Shown here piece by piece: positions 51,539 to 61,511 of a DNA stretch of 64,000 nt. The notes beneath the pieces were generated by a model. The model was not told the origin of the DNA, did no database searches, and worked only from the letters and a program-made list of their open reading frames with translations. Position numbers and translations under genes: made by a program. The stretch's first letter is position 1, and each line of letters opens with the position of its first letter. The DNA is taken from the NCBI GenBank assembly GCA_043808015.1, contig JAZDFI010000008.1, positions 19,408 to 83,407 of the forward strand. The letters run 5' to 3'. This DNA is from Candidatus Aenigmatarchaeota archaeon (GTDB lineage Archaea > Aenigmatarchaeota > Aenigmatarchaeia > QMZP01 > QMZT01).

Positions 51539-52408
51539 CTACCTGCATTTCTGGTAGGGGTTTCTGGGCACGATTATCCACAATACGATGTAAAGCAGTA
51601 TGCCGAAGCCCCATGCGAGCGTCCCGATTATCCAGAGTATTCTTACTATCGTCGGGTCGATGCCCAAGTATTCGGCTATGCCGCCGCAGACGCCGCCCAG
51701 AATCTTGTCCTTGCATGACCTGTAAAGCCTGTGGACTTCTTCCATGTTCTGCGCTTTCACGGGTTTTGTTCTTTTCACAACACGCTCCTCCTGATGGTAA
51801 AGCGTCTTTTCAGTCGCGATAATTATAGCCAGGACGATGTAGCCCACGCAAAGGAAAAGCCAGAATACTAGAAATATGCTCTGGCCTATGTAGGAGACGA
51901 GGCTGGATATGAAGGGTATGTTCAGCGTCGTGTTCATGATCTGCAGTGCGTGCGCCCCTATCCAGAAGCACGTCGCTATGCCGACGGCGACAGAAACCGG
52001 GGAGAAAATCCTGTAAAGCCTGTAGTTGACCTTGGAGAAATGCGAAGTGTACGAGAAGAACAGCATGAGCATGAATAACACGCCTATGTTGCTAGTGAGG
52101 AACGCGTTTATGTCGTTGAGCAGCCAGCTCTGGACGTTGTTGTTTATGAAAGACATGACCCACGTGAGAAGGACCATTATTATGATGCCTATGACGCTGG
52201 TTATGAGCGGCCCCAGCACGCCGAAAGTCTTGCTGAAAGAATTATCAAATTCGCAGCCTCGCCTTTCCCATGCCCTTCCCCGTCGCTCCATGTGCCTGCC
52301 GAAGCGGTTGCCGATATCCTCGACTTCCTCTCCGAAATCCTTGAAGCGCTTCTCGACGACGGTCTTTTCTTTCCTGACGTTTCTCGCGGGCTTTTTCCTT
52401 TTGACCAT
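51539..52408 (-). CDS. Membrane protein with C-terminal PspC domain
   Basis: LYRS..DKILGGVCGGIAEYLGIDPTIVR plus N-terminal TM helices. Confidence 0.88.
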   Translation of the reverse strand: MVKRKKPARNVRKEKTVVEKRFKDFGEEVEDIGNRFGRHMERRGRAWERRGCEFDNSFSKTFGVLGPLITSVIGIIIMVLLTWVMSFINNNVQSWLLNDINAFLTSNIGVLFMLMLFFSYTSHFSKVNYRLYRIFSPVSVAVGIATCFWIGAHALQIMNTTLNIPFISSLVSYIGQSIFLVFWLFLCVGYIVLAIIIATEKTLYHQEERVVKRTKPVKAQNMEEVHRLYRSCKDKILGGVCGGIAEYLGIDPTIVRILWIIGTLAWGFGILLYIVLWIIVPRNPYQKCR

Positions 52409-52475
52409 ACAATTATTTTGTTCTGCTACTTAAAGTATTTTACCATGGTCCTGAAACAAGCAATTTATTGGGCGC

Positions 52476-53232
52476 GTGCCAATTATTAACATGCTTAACG
52501 TTTTCATAATCAGCCTTCTGGCAGGCCTTGCCACGGCGCTCGGCGGGGCGCTGGTGCTCCATTCGAAAAAGATCGGCGACAAGACTCTTGGCTTCGGCCT
52601 GGGCTTTTCAGGCGGCGTTATGATTATCATAGCGTTTCTCAGCCTGTTATTCAAAGCAATAGAATTCGGGACATATGCCGGCGCTGTCGTATGGTTCGTC
52701 ATTGGCGCACTGATCATGCTCGTTCTCGACTTCTTCGTGCCGCACCAGTATTTCATAAAGGAAAAGCGCTTCGAAAGCGAAAAGAAGCTCAAGTTCATGA
52801 GGGTCGGCCTCCTTGTCGCTGTCGGGATGACGCTGCACAACTTCCCGGAAGGTGCCATAGTAGGGATAGGATATAACGTGATGCCTGCCTTTTGGCCTGA
52901 TGCTCGCGTTCGCGATAGCCATGCACAACATACCTGAGGGCGTTGCCATCGCCATTCCGCTTCAGGCCGGCGGAATGAAAAGGAAAAAAATATTTATCAT
53001 AACGCTTCTTTCAGGCCTTACGGAAACTTTCGGGGCGATGGTCGCGGCCTTGTTCCTGTCCGCGATTCCTGGCATAATACCAATAGCCCTCGCGCTGACC
53101 AGCGGCGTGATGGTTTACCTGTCCATGGACGAGCTGATACCTTTGGCGACGAAAAGCTGCAACCCCCATTCGATAAGCATAGGGCTGATAGTCGGCATGG
53201 CCGCGGCGCTGCTTCTGGAAGCGATTGTTTAA
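52476..53232 (+). pseudogene. ZIP/ZupT metal transporter, frameshifted at about 52890-52893
   Basis: HNFPEG in ORF 52476-52937 and HNIPEG in ORF 52900-53232; removing one T gives AFGLMLAFAIAMHNIPEG. Confidence 0.8.
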
Positions 53233-53245
53233 AACATCTAACGCC

Positions 53246-53857
53246 CTAGCTCTTCAGCAGGTCTTCCAGGCGTTTGTTGACAGCGTTCCAGTCGACGACG
53301 TCCCAGAATGCCTCGATGAATTTCGCGCGGTCGTTCTTGTAGTCAATGTAATACGCATGCTCGAACACGTCTATGACGAGCAGAATTCTGAACATCGGGT
53401 AGACGTTCGTGTTGTGCTTCTCTACTTGCATGATTATCGGGCGATGCGTCTGCCTGCAGAACGTCAGCGCGGCCCAGCCGCTGCCTTCGACGCTCATCGC
53501 GGCTTGAGTGAACTCTTTTTTGAAGCGCTCGAAGCTGCCGAACTCGTGATTTATGACTTCGAGTATCTTGCCGTGGGGCTGCGTCTTATTCGGAAGCGAG
53601 AGATTGCCCCAGAACAGCGAATGCATCAGGTGGCCGCCGATATGGAATGACAGTTCTTTGAGCGTCGCTTTCATGTCGGCGTCGCTGCCGTCGACGCGCG
53701 CCTTGTCCAGTTTTTGCAGTATCGCGTTCGCGCCGTTCACATACGCCTGATGATGCTTCTCGTAATGTATCTTCACCTGTTCTTCCGATAACGAGGGAGC
53801 CAGGTCACCGTAAGCAAAATTAAGCTTTGGCATTGCATAGAAGCCTTTGCCTTCCAT
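53246..53857 (-). CDS. sod: Fe/Mn superoxide dismutase
   Basis: HYEKHHQAYV, GGH.MHSLFW, DVFEHAYY. Confidence 0.96.
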   Translation of the reverse strand: MEGKGFYAMPKLNFAYGDLAPSLSEEQVKIHYEKHHQAYVNGANAILQKLDKARVDGSDADMKATLKELSFHIGGHLMHSLFWGNLSLPNKTQPHGKILEVINHEFGSFERFKKEFTQAAMSVEGSGWAALTFCRQTHRPIIMQVEKHNTNVYPMFRILLVIDVFEHAYYIDYKNDRAKFIEAFWDVVDWNAVNKRLEDLLKS

Positions 53858-53880
53858 AATTACACCTCTCTTTTAAACGA

Positions 53881-54012
53881 CTATTTCTTTTTCTTTTCTT
53901 TATCGAGCTTCATGGGCTGGCCGCAGCATACCAGCGTGCCTGCGCCGTTCTCGACGACTTTCACGACGTTGCCGCATATGAGGCATCTGTAAGTTTCCCC
54001 TACTTTTGTCAT
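53881..54012 (-). CDS. Stand-alone desulforedoxin-like FeCys4 protein (43 aa)
   Basis: MTKVGETYRCLICGNVVKVVENGAGTLVCCGQPMKLDKEKKKK*; manual translation. Confidence 0.88.
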   Translation of the reverse strand: MTKVGETYRCLICGNVVKVVENGAGTLVCCGQPMKLDKEKKKK

Positions 54013-54046
54013 ACCTATCACTTTCCCCTTAATTATTTTTTGCTGG

Positions 54047-54334
54047 TCATTTTATTTTCATGAAAAGGCCGCACCAGCAGCGTCCTTCGTCTGCCCATAT
54101 ATCCTGCGCCTTGAAGTTGCAGGGACATATTAGTTTTAAGTCCCCGTCCTTAGTTCCGTCCCTCAGCCTGCACGGGCAGAGTTTAATGCCGTATTTCTTC
54201 TCGTTCACCCTGAGTCCTTTGAAAATCAGGCCCACGTGATTTTTGTCCGGGTTGAGCGCGAAGTCTTTTTTGTCGGCGAACTTGTTCCAGAGTGTGATCA
54301 TATTCTCAAGTTCCGATACCTCGCCGCGCGTCAT
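54047..54334 (-). CDS. Ferredoxin:thioredoxin reductase catalytic-subunit-like protein
   Basis: LNPD, CPCR, CPC, CWC.LF. Confidence 0.9.
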   Translation of the reverse strand: MTRGEVSELENMITLWNKFADKKDFALNPDKNHVGLIFKGLRVNEKKYGIKLCPCRLRDGTKDGDLKLICPCNFKAQDIWADEGRCWCGLFMKIK

Positions 54335-54852
54335 TTTTTCAGGCGCTCCTCCGACAGATGGAGATGGTCAGTCTCGATTTCAACCAGCGACTGGAATATC
54401 TCCTTCACCCGAGGATTCGTCGCTTCTCCGGCGGCCCTGCTGTAAAATTCGATAGCATTCGTCTCCCTCGTGTGCGAGTCTTCCAGGTTCTCGCGATTCG
54501 CTGCGTGACACTGCTCGCTACCGTCGGGCGTCTTGACCAGTTTCAGTATCTTTCTCCATATGGCCGCGTGCTCCGCCTCTATTTTGCCCAGCGCCTTGAA
54601 CAGGAGCCGTCCCTCGTCATCGTCGGTCTTGCCGGCCGCGCAGAAATAAAATGCCGCGTTGCTAACTTCAACTTTCAGCGCGTGCTCCGCATTCTCCTTG
54701 TCTTTTGCGTTGAGCTCCACGTCGAAATTCGCTTTCGCGACTTTCGCCACTTTTATGTATTTCTGGTGCGCCCCGCAGAACGGGCAGTTTTTCGGGGGCG
54801 AATCACCCACGTAAGGATCTCCGCAAATCTCGCATCTCCACAGCACTACCAT
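54331..54852 (-). CDS. Rubredoxin plus ferritin-like (reverse rubrerythrin-type) protein
   Basis: WRCEICG..CPFCGA followed by E..FY..EAEH and E..FY..ETDH. Confidence 0.85.
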   Translation of the reverse strand: MVVLWRCEICGDPYVGDSPPKNCPFCGAHQKYIKVAKVAKANFDVELNAKDKENAEHALKVEVSNAAFYFCAAGKTDDDEGRLLFKALGKIEAEHAAIWRKILKLVKTPDGSEQCHAANRENLEDSHTRETNAIEFYSRAAGEATNPRVKEIFQSLVEIETDHLHLSEERLKK

Positions 54853-54871
54853 ATTATCACCATCGATTCAA

Positions 54872-55135
54872 TTAACCATCAACTTCTTTCCTGCCGTTTT
54901 CCAGCTCCTTTATCTGCTCCTTGTCGAACTTGAGCAGCATGGTCTGGAATTCGCCCATGTGCGTCTTCTCTTCCTTCGCTATGTCCAAAAGCGTCTCCTT
55001 AAGTTTCCTGTCAGTCGCCATCGCAGCCATCTGCTCGTAAAGGTTGACGGCGTCGAGCTCGGCTATCATGCCGACTCTCGCGATCTGCCCGTCTATGTTT
55101 TCCTTGCCTATCCTCTTCGGAATGTCCGACATCAT
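54872..55135 (-). CDS. Short ferritin-like protein (encapsulin-associated Flp-like)
   Basis: [25 protein letters not shown]. Confidence 0.8.
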   Translation of the reverse strand: MMSDIPKRIGKENIDGQIARVGMIAELDAVNLYEQMAAMATDRKLKETLLDIAKEEKTHMGEFQTMLLKFDKEQIKELENGRKEVDG

Positions 55136-55848
55136 ATTCCCTGCCTCCCTTTATGACCTTTTGGCTCTTCCAGTTTCTTGTGGCACAGCCACCAGTCAAA
55201 GCATTGTATTTCTCCCTTGCTAACCTGATCCTTTCTTTCGGCTATCATACTCTCGCTTCCAGCAGGCGGGACAATCACCTCGTCGCCGACAAGCTCGTTG
55301 TTCGGCCAGTTCGCAGGGCACGCCACTTTATGCGCGTCCACTGTCTGCAGTCCCTTCAGCATGCGCAATATCTCGTCCATGTTCCTGCCCAGCTCCTGCG
55401 GGTAGTAAAGCATCGCGCGAAGGGTGCCGGACGGGTCTATGAAAAACACCGCTCGCACGGTGTTCGTCCCCTTGCCAGGGTGTATCATGCCCAGCATCTC
55501 AGCTATCTTCCCCCGGTCGTCGGCTATGACCGGGAATTTTATCTCGACACTCAGCTTCTCTTTTATCCATTCGATCCATTTCAGATGGCTGAAGACCTGG
55601 TCTATGCTCAGACCCACCAGCTCCGCGCCGAGTGCCTTGAACTGGTCATAGCGCTTCTGGAAAGCGACGAATTCTGTGGTGCAGACTGGCGTGTAGTCTG
55701 CCGGATGGGAGAAAAGAACGACCCATTTCCCTTTGTAATCATGCGGAAAATTGAGCATTCCGTGCGTTGTTTTTGCCTCGAACTCAGGCACCTTTTCGCC
55801 AAGCAATGGCATTCTTGAATTTTCCATAATCCACCCCTCTTTATTCAA
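55132..55848 (-). CDS. Peroxiredoxin (Prx6/archaeal type)
   Basis: [39 protein letters not shown]. Confidence 0.95.
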   Translation of the reverse strand: MNKEGWIMENSRMPLLGEKVPEFEAKTTHGMLNFPHDYKGKWVVLFSHPADYTPVCTTEFVAFQKRYDQFKALGAELVGLSIDQVFSHLKWIEWIKEKLSVEIKFPVIADDRGKIAEMLGMIHPGKGTNTVRAVFFIDPSGTLRAMLYYPQELGRNMDEILRMLKGLQTVDAHKVACPANWPNNELVGDEVIVPPAGSESMIAERKDQVSKGEIQCFDWWLCHKKLEEPKGHKGRQGI

Positions 55849-55862
55849 AATCTTTAGATGCT

Positions 55863-56123
55863 TTATAAATTTAGTTCCTTGTCTATTGCGGCCCTGTCGA
55901 AGCCGACTATAACCTTGCCGTTTATCTCTATCTGCGGCACTCCGGTAAAGCCGGATTTGGCTATCATTTCCCTAGCTGCACTCTCGTTAGACGATACGTC
56001 TATGTCCTCGAATTTCACATTCTTGGCTTTAAGATAGTCCTTTGCCATGTGACAATAAGGGCATGTCGGAGTCGAATATATTTTCACGCTCGCTGTTTTT
56101 TTCTTGTTTGTCATTTCAACCAC
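55863..56123 (-). CDS. Glutaredoxin/NrdH-like redoxin
   Basis: [18 protein letters not shown]. Confidence 0.93.
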   Translation of the reverse strand: MVEMTNKKKTASVKIYSTPTCPYCHMAKDYLKAKNVKFEDIDVSSNESAAREMIAKSGFTGVPQIEINGKVIVGFDRAAIDKELNL

Positions 56124-56188
56124 TCTCCTGTATTTTCAATATAATAAGTTACGATAAGTATATAAATATGTTCGGATATATAAACATT

Positions 56189-56614
56189 ATGGTTCGAATT
56201 TCAAACTTAGAACTTGTAAAGTTATTGAAAGAAAATTCGCGTTCTTCGTATGTCGATATGGCCAGGCACTTCGGCGTCACCGAAACAGCCGTTAGAAAAC
56301 GCGTCAAGAATCTTGAGACGATAGGCGTGATAAAAAAATACACCATAGACGTGGACCCGAAGAAAATCGGCTTTGACGTCGACACACTTATAGGCATCGA
56401 CACGATGCCGGAAAAATATATCCGCGTGATGGAGAAGCTCAAGCCCATGCAAGAAGTGATGAGGCTTTGCTCATCGTCAGGAGATCATATGCTCATGATA
56501 GAGTGCTGGTTCCAGACCTCGCGCGAGTTCACGAAATTCATAAAGATGCTGGAAAAAATGGACGGCGTTACAAAGGTCTGCCCGGCAATAATAAGCGAGA
56601 AGATGAAGTGCTAG
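56189..56614 (+). CDS. Lrp/AsnC-family regulator divergent from the redox cluster
   Basis: L.ENSR.SY..MA..FGVTETAVRKRVK.LE; SSGDHMLM; VCPAII. Confidence 0.92.
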   Translation: MVRISNLELVKLLKENSRSSYVDMARHFGVTETAVRKRVKNLETIGVIKKYTIDVDPKKIGFDVDTLIGIDTMPEKYIRVMEKLKPMQEVMRLCSSSGDHMLMIECWFQTSREFTKFIKMLEKMDGVTKVCPAIISEKMKC

Positions 56615-56617
56615 GTG

Positions 56618-57412
56618 CTAGAGCCCCGCGCCTTTAAGCGCGCTCGCGCATGCGCACTCGCGCTCCTTTGGGAATTTGGTCACGAGCCTTTCCAGAACTT
56701 TTTTGACATTTTCCGTGCTCTTGTGCATCGCCTTTATGACTTCTTCTGCGGATACGGCGCCCTCTTTCCAGCAGTCGTAGTCAGTGACAGTCGCAATCGT
56801 CAGATAACAGATTTCCTTTTCCCTAGCCAGCGTGACTTCAGGCACGAGCGTCATGCCGATTACGTCCGCTTTCATCATGCGCCACGCGTTCGACTCGGCT
56901 CTTGATGAAAAGCGCGGGCCGTCGATGCAGATGTACGCGCCTTCTTCGTGGTGACGCAGCTTCAGCTCTTTCAGGACTTTCATTGCGGCCGTCCTCATAT
57001 CGTTACAGAACGGGTCGGCAAGCGAAACGTGCACGACTTTCGGCCCGTCGTAAAATGTAGTGATGCGCATTTTAGTCATGTCTATGAACTGGTCCGGGAT
57101 GACAATATCGCCTGGTCTCATATCCTCTTTCAAGGAGCCGACGGCGGCGATGCCTATTATTCGCTTGACGCCGAGTTTCTCGAGCGCTGCTATGTTCGCC
57201 CGGTAGTTTACCTTGTGCGGCGGTATCGAATGCGTTTCACCATGCCGGAAAATGAATGCGACTTTCACGCCCTTGCAAGTCCCGAGTATGATTTTGCTTG
57301 AAGGATTGCCGAACTGCGTGCTTACATCAACTTTCTTCACGTTCTCGAGCATGCTTTCAGAATAAATTCCAGTCCCGCCGATGATGCCGATCTGCGCTTC
57401 CGCCATACACAT
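56618..57412 (-). CDS. mtnP: 5'-methylthioadenosine phosphorylase
   Basis: IGIIGGTG, RHG..H.IPPH.VNYRAN, GPRFS.RAES, TDYDCW. Confidence 0.93.
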   Translation of the reverse strand: MCMAEAQIGIIGGTGIYSESMLENVKKVDVSTQFGNPSSKIILGTCKGVKVAFIFRHGETHSIPPHKVNYRANIAALEKLGVKRIIGIAAVGSLKEDMRPGDIVIPDQFIDMTKMRITTFYDGPKVVHVSLADPFCNDMRTAAMKVLKELKLRHHEEGAYICIDGPRFSSRAESNAWRMMKADVIGMTLVPEVTLAREKEICYLTIATVTDYDCWKEGAVSAEEVIKAMHKSTENVKKVLERLVTKFPKERECACASALKGAGL

Positions 57413-57530
57413 TTTTTGTTGCTGTGGCTTAAATAATCCACTTTTATCGTTTGAAAAACAAGCGAAAAATTCTTAAATCCAGATATGTTAAAATAAAGAT
57501 ACTTTAAAAGGAATAATGTTAATAAAATAA

Positions 57531-58580
57531 TTGATTATGACTGCCAAAGAGACTGCGAAAGAGAAGATTCTCGTCATCAGCGTAGACAGGGATAACGATG
57601 TCGGCCAGAAGACGGGCATCGAAGGCCCGATTGTCGGACGCGAGAAGGCGATAGATGCAGCCACGAAACTCAGCGTCAAGGACCCGGAGGAAAGCGACAG
57701 CAACGCCATATTCGGCGCGGTCAAGCTTCTCGACGAGCTCGGTGAGAAGTACGAAGCGGAAGTCGCTGTCTTAACCGGCCACAAGAACAGAGGGATTGAC
57801 GCTGACCGTGAAATATCCAGGCAGCTGGACCACGTCCTCGAAAAGAGGCCGAGCGATTTTGTCATTCTCGTAAGCGACGGCATGGACGATGAATACGTCG
57901 TCCCGATAATCCAGTCGCGCATTCCAATTTTATCAGTTAAGCGCATAGTAGTCCGCCAGGCGGAGCAGCTGGAATCCGGCTACTACGCGATAAAGGACTT
58001 CCTTAAAGAGACGCTTGACAACCCGAAATTCGCTAGACTCTTCTTCGGCCTTCCGGCGATAGCGCTGCTGCTTTACGCGTGGCTCGGCGACACCGGATGG
58101 CGGCTCATCATCATAGTTGTTGGAGTGTACCTTTTTGCAAAGGGATTCAAGCTGGAGGATTATCTTTTCGGCGCGATAAGTGAGATGAAGGAGTCGCTCG
58201 CTCGCAGGAGATTTGCCTTTTTCATGTATATCGTCTCGATAGCCGTCACCATGCTCGCCATATACAGAGGCTACAATTCGGTAATCGATTTCATAAATCT
58301 GGGCATGTTCGAGGCGGCCGCAGCGTTCTTGGTAGCGTCGATTTATTTCTTCTGGATAGCCGGCACGATAGCGTGGCTCGGCAAGAACATACGCCTTAAG
58401 GACAAGAAGACGTCACGCATAGTTTCAATACCGCTGTTCGGGCTTTCTGCGACGCTCGTCATATACAACGCGTCCGAAATCATACTGGCGCCCGAGCTCT
58501 CGTCGTTCAATTTCATACTCTCGATAGCGGTGGGATTCGTGCTCGCTTTCATGGCGCTCATGATAGAAACAATGGACTAA
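57531..58580 (+). CDS. DUF373-family membrane protein
   Basis: VDRDNDVG.K.GI.GP..GRE, DPEESDSN, VSDG.DDE, VVRQ...LES.YY. Confidence 0.88.
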   Translation: MIMTAKETAKEKILVISVDRDNDVGQKTGIEGPIVGREKAIDAATKLSVKDPEESDSNAIFGAVKLLDELGEKYEAEVAVLTGHKNRGIDADREISRQLDHVLEKRPSDFVILVSDGMDDEYVVPIIQSRIPILSVKRIVVRQAEQLESGYYAIKDFLKETLDNPKFARLFFGLPAIALLLYAWLGDTGWRLIIIVVGVYLFAKGFKLEDYLFGAISEMKESLARRRFAFFMYIVSIAVTMLAIYRGYNSVIDFINLGMFEAAAAFLVASIYFFWIAGTIAWLGKNIRLKDKKTSRIVSIPLFGLSATLVIYNASEIILAPELSSFNFILSIAVGFVLAFMALMIETMD

Positions 58581-58582
58581 CG

Positions 58583-58948
58583 CTAGCGCTTCTTTTTATT
58601 TTTGGATTTCAGCATCTTTGAAATTTCTTTCGCCGCGCCGCCGAACTCTTTCAGGTCGCTGCTGGCGCCAGGATAATAAACATTCATGAGTTCGGACATC
58701 TTCTGCTCCATCTCAGTTATCGAGTCTATGTATGCCTTGCGCATGCCTATGTTGAAAAGCAGAATCGCCAGCAAATTGAGAGCGAGCATGGAGACGCGTA
58801 TCAGCATGTCCATCCCGACGTTGTTCAGTAGCGTGTATAATATCATGAAAAGATATGCGAATGAGATGCCGACGGCGACGAGATACTCGTAGGTCAGTCG
58901 CTGGTATTTGAGGGAGAAGTAACTTATGTAGTTGGTGGCGTCGTCCAT
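58583..58948 (-). CDS. Hypothetical two-TM membrane protein
   Basis: Fills the intergenic space; two hydrophobic segments. Confidence 0.6.
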   Translation of the reverse strand: MDDATNYISYFSLKYQRLTYEYLVAVGISFAYLFMILYTLLNNVGMDMLIRVSMLALNLLAILLFNIGMRKAYIDSITEMEQKMSELMNVYYPGASSDLKEFGGAAKEISKMLKSKNKKKR

Positions 58949-58980
58949 GTTAAAATCTTGTCAGGCATCAAATAAAAGTC

Positions 58981-59955
58981 TTATTTTTTCCTGCCCAGCT
59001 TCGTCTCTATCTCTATTATGCGTTTCTCGAAGTCCTCCATCATGTGCTGGAACGCTTCCTCAGAAAGCTCTTTCTTGTAGAACTTGCGCTCCGTAATTTC
59101 CTTGGCTTTCCTGAGGTTCTGCAGGTCTTCGATAAGTTTCTGGCGTTCGTCATTCGCCGCGCCGTCCCTGAGCTTCTTTTTCTTTTCCTGTATGTCCTTG
59201 AGATCCATCGCTTCAAGAGCGTCGGCCATGTCCTTCTGCGTCTGCTTCTTCTGCAGCTCCATCTCCACTTCGCGTTCAAGCCGTTCTTTATCCAGCGTTT
59301 CGACATCGTCGTCTTCGGTGAGGTCGGCCTTTCGTGCCGGTTGTGCTATTGGACATGTTGCGCTCTCGGCGGTTTCATCAGCGCCGCACGCGTCGCTAGG
59401 GATGGTGAACTTGGCGTAAAGCGACGTCAGCAGCAACCCCCACGACTTGAACTTCTTTCTTATTTCGTCTTCCATCGACGAACGCGCCTTGTCCGCGAAC
59501 CCCGGTCCAGCGAACTCGCTGGCGGATTTCTTCTGCAACTTCGGCAGTATGCGGCCGCACATGACGTCAGACATCGTCTGGTCCCAGACGTCACTGAGGA
59601 AGACCTTGTCCCTTTCGCACATCAGGTTTTTTGAGAAGTGGTCCGAATTGAAGACCCTGAACTTGAGCGTGAGGCCGATGGTCATGGCCCTGCCGTCCAG
59701 CGTGCAGACGTTCTTTATGTCGTTCGCCAGCGTTTTTTCCGACTTGTCGACCATTATTATGTCCGTGAAGTCTTCGAGCACGTTGCTTATGACCAGCTTG
59801 CCATGGCCCTTTTCCATGTAGATTTCGCCGTCTTTTTCGAGAATGACCGATTCGCCGCCGCTGGCCTCGAATTCCTTGTGCAGAAAACCGGGCAGCTCGT
59901 CCCGTCCAAAGCGCTCCGCTATCAGGTTTTTGTCCCTTTTCCAGCCCATCAGCAT
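58981..59955 (-). CDS. SPFH-like domain protein with coiled-coil tail
   Basis: TLDG..MTIGLTLKFRV.N..F..NL and WGL.L motifs resemble band-7/SPFH; charged C-terminus. Confidence 0.55.
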   Translation of the reverse strand: MLMGWKRDKNLIAERFGRDELPGFLHKEFEASGGESVILEKDGEIYMEKGHGKLVISNVLEDFTDIIMVDKSEKTLANDIKNVCTLDGRAMTIGLTLKFRVFNSDHFSKNLMCERDKVFLSDVWDQTMSDVMCGRILPKLQKKSASEFAGPGFADKARSSMEDEIRKKFKSWGLLLTSLYAKFTIPSDACGADETAESATCPIAQPARKADLTEDDDVETLDKERLEREVEMELQKKQTQKDMADALEAMDLKDIQEKKKKLRDGAANDERQKLIEDLQNLRKAKEITERKFYKKELSEEAFQHMMEDFEKRIIEIETKLGRKK

Positions 59956-60067
59956 CGCTTTAGATTTACTATTAAAAGCTTAAAAAGGACAAACCAATAT
60001 AAATATTACCTATACTATTATACCATACCGCAGTGCCGGTTAAACGGGAAACTGCGCAAAAGGTGTC

Positions 60068-60484
60068 ATGATGATAAATGAAGTCCCAACAGACAAGCTC
60101 ATTGAGAAGCTGTCGCAGGAACTGGAAAAGATGGAAGCCATGCAGCAGCCAGAATGGGCCAGATTCGTGAAGACGGGCGTATGCAAAGAGCGCCCGCCCA
60201 GTCAGAAGAACTGGTGGTACATCCGCTCGGCTTCGGTCCTGCGCAGGCTTTACATTGAAGGACCGATAGGCGTCTCGAGGTTGCGCAGGCTTTACGGCAG
60301 CCGCAAAAGGCGCGGCCACAAGCCGGAGCACCGCTACCCGGCATCGGGTTCTGTTATCCGCGAGATTTTCCAGCAGCTTGAAAAGGCAGGTCTTATCAAG
60401 AACGAGAAGCGCAAGGGCCGCAGCCTGACTGCGAAAGGGAAGATGTTCCTCAACGAGGCTTCAAAGGGCGTGGCCAAGCAGTGA
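60068..60484 (+). CDS. rps19e: 30S ribosomal protein eS19
   Basis: PEWARFVKTG..KERPP, WWYIRSASVLRRLY. Confidence 0.96.
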   Translation: MMINEVPTDKLIEKLSQELEKMEAMQQPEWARFVKTGVCKERPPSQKNWWYIRSASVLRRLYIEGPIGVSRLRRLYGSRKRRGHKPEHRYPASGSVIREIFQQLEKAGLIKNEKRKGRSLTAKGKMFLNEASKGVAKQ

Positions 60485-60506
60485 TGCCTCGCCTCAAGGT
60501 TTTGCC

Positions 60507-60782
60507 ATGGAATACTCAGATTACAATCAGATGAAGCAGATGCAACAGATGGAGGCAATGAAGAAACAGCTGCTTGGCAAAATGCTTTCAAAGGAAGCGT
60601 ACGAGCGTCTTGGACGCGTGCGCTTCGCCAACCCCGAGCTCGCCGCGCAGGCGGAAATGTACCTGCTGCAGGTTTACCAGACAGGCAGGCTCGGCATGGT
60701 TTCGGACGCACAGATGAAGGAAATCCTGAAGCTGCTCACGTCGGGCAGGAGGGATTTCAGCATAAAAAGACAGAACGTCTAA
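60507..60782 (+). CDS. PDCD5/TFAR19-like DNA-binding protein
   Basis: EAYERLGRVR.ANPELA.Q.E; conserved position after rps19e. Confidence 0.92.
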   Translation: MEYSDYNQMKQMQQMEAMKKQLLGKMLSKEAYERLGRVRFANPELAAQAEMYLLQVYQTGRLGMVSDAQMKEILKLLTSGRRDFSIKRQNV

Positions 60783-60798
60783 ATGATTAAGTGATTAT

Positions 60799-60966
60799 AT
60801 GAGCAGAAACAAACCGGCAGGCAAGAAGCTGAGAATCGCGGCGGCAAGCAAAGTCAGGTCTGCGCCTCGCTGGGCTGACATAAAGAAGTTCGGTCTCAAG
60901 CGAGCGCGCACGAGAAGGATTCACGTTCATGTCAGGACCAGGAGAAGCGGCCCGCTTAGAGTCTAA
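60799..60966 (+). CDS. rpl39e: 50S ribosomal protein eL39
   Basis: MSRNKPAGKKLRIAAA..SAPRWA; manual translation; conserved position before rpl31e. Confidence 0.85.
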   Translation: MSRNKPAGKKLRIAAASKVRSAPRWADIKKFGLKRARTRRIHVHVRTRRSGPLRV

Positions 60967-61482
60967 GTGATGTTTATGGCAGAAAAAGCGATAGAAAAGG
61001 TTTACACGATTCCTCTTAGAGGGTGGATGAAAGAGCCGCGTTCGAAACGCAGCAAACGCGCCGTCAGGGAAGTCCAGGCTTTCGTTTCAAAGCACGCGAA
61101 GTCGAAGATCGTGAAAATCTCGAAAGGCGTCAATGAGCTCATTTTCAGCCGCGGCTTCCAGAAACCGCCGCGCAGGATAAAAGTCGAGGTCAAAGGCGAC
61201 AAGGAAACCGTGCAGGTCAGGCTTCCGGGTGAAAAAACCCATGAGAAAATCGAGAAGAAGAGCGTCGCTAGCAGCATAAAGGACAGGCTTGGTGGCAAGA
61301 AGAACACAAAGAAGAAAGAGCTTAAAGAGCGCGTTGATAAAGAGCTGAGCAAAGAGAAACTCGACGCGATCGTTGACAAAGCCATAAAGGAAGAGAAGGC
61401 GAAGAAGAAACCTGAGCCGACGGATGCGGTTGAGAAAGAGCTGGAAGAAATCGAAGAGGCAGTCAAGGAAGAGACGGCATAA
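60967..61482 (+). CDS. rpl31e: 50S ribosomal protein eL31 with charged C-terminal extension
   Basis: EKVYTIPLR, RSKRAV, VNELIFSRG.QKPPRRIKV. Confidence 0.93.
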   Translation: MMFMAEKAIEKVYTIPLRGWMKEPRSKRSKRAVREVQAFVSKHAKSKIVKISKGVNELIFSRGFQKPPRRIKVEVKGDKETVQVRLPGEKTHEKIEKKSVASSIKDRLGGKKNTKKKELKERVDKELSKEKLDAIVDKAIKEEKAKKKPEPTDAVEKELEEIEEAVKEETA

Positions 61483-61511
61483 AGCCTTATTTCTCCTCTC
61501 CAAAATCATAA

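Noticed and set aside
52886-52900. ZIP frameshift as programmed metal-responsive recoding
   Set aside because: Only a T4 run with no slippery heptamer or stimulatory structure. Simple mutation or sequencing error is more likely, and an intact ZIP gene exists at 32483-33250.
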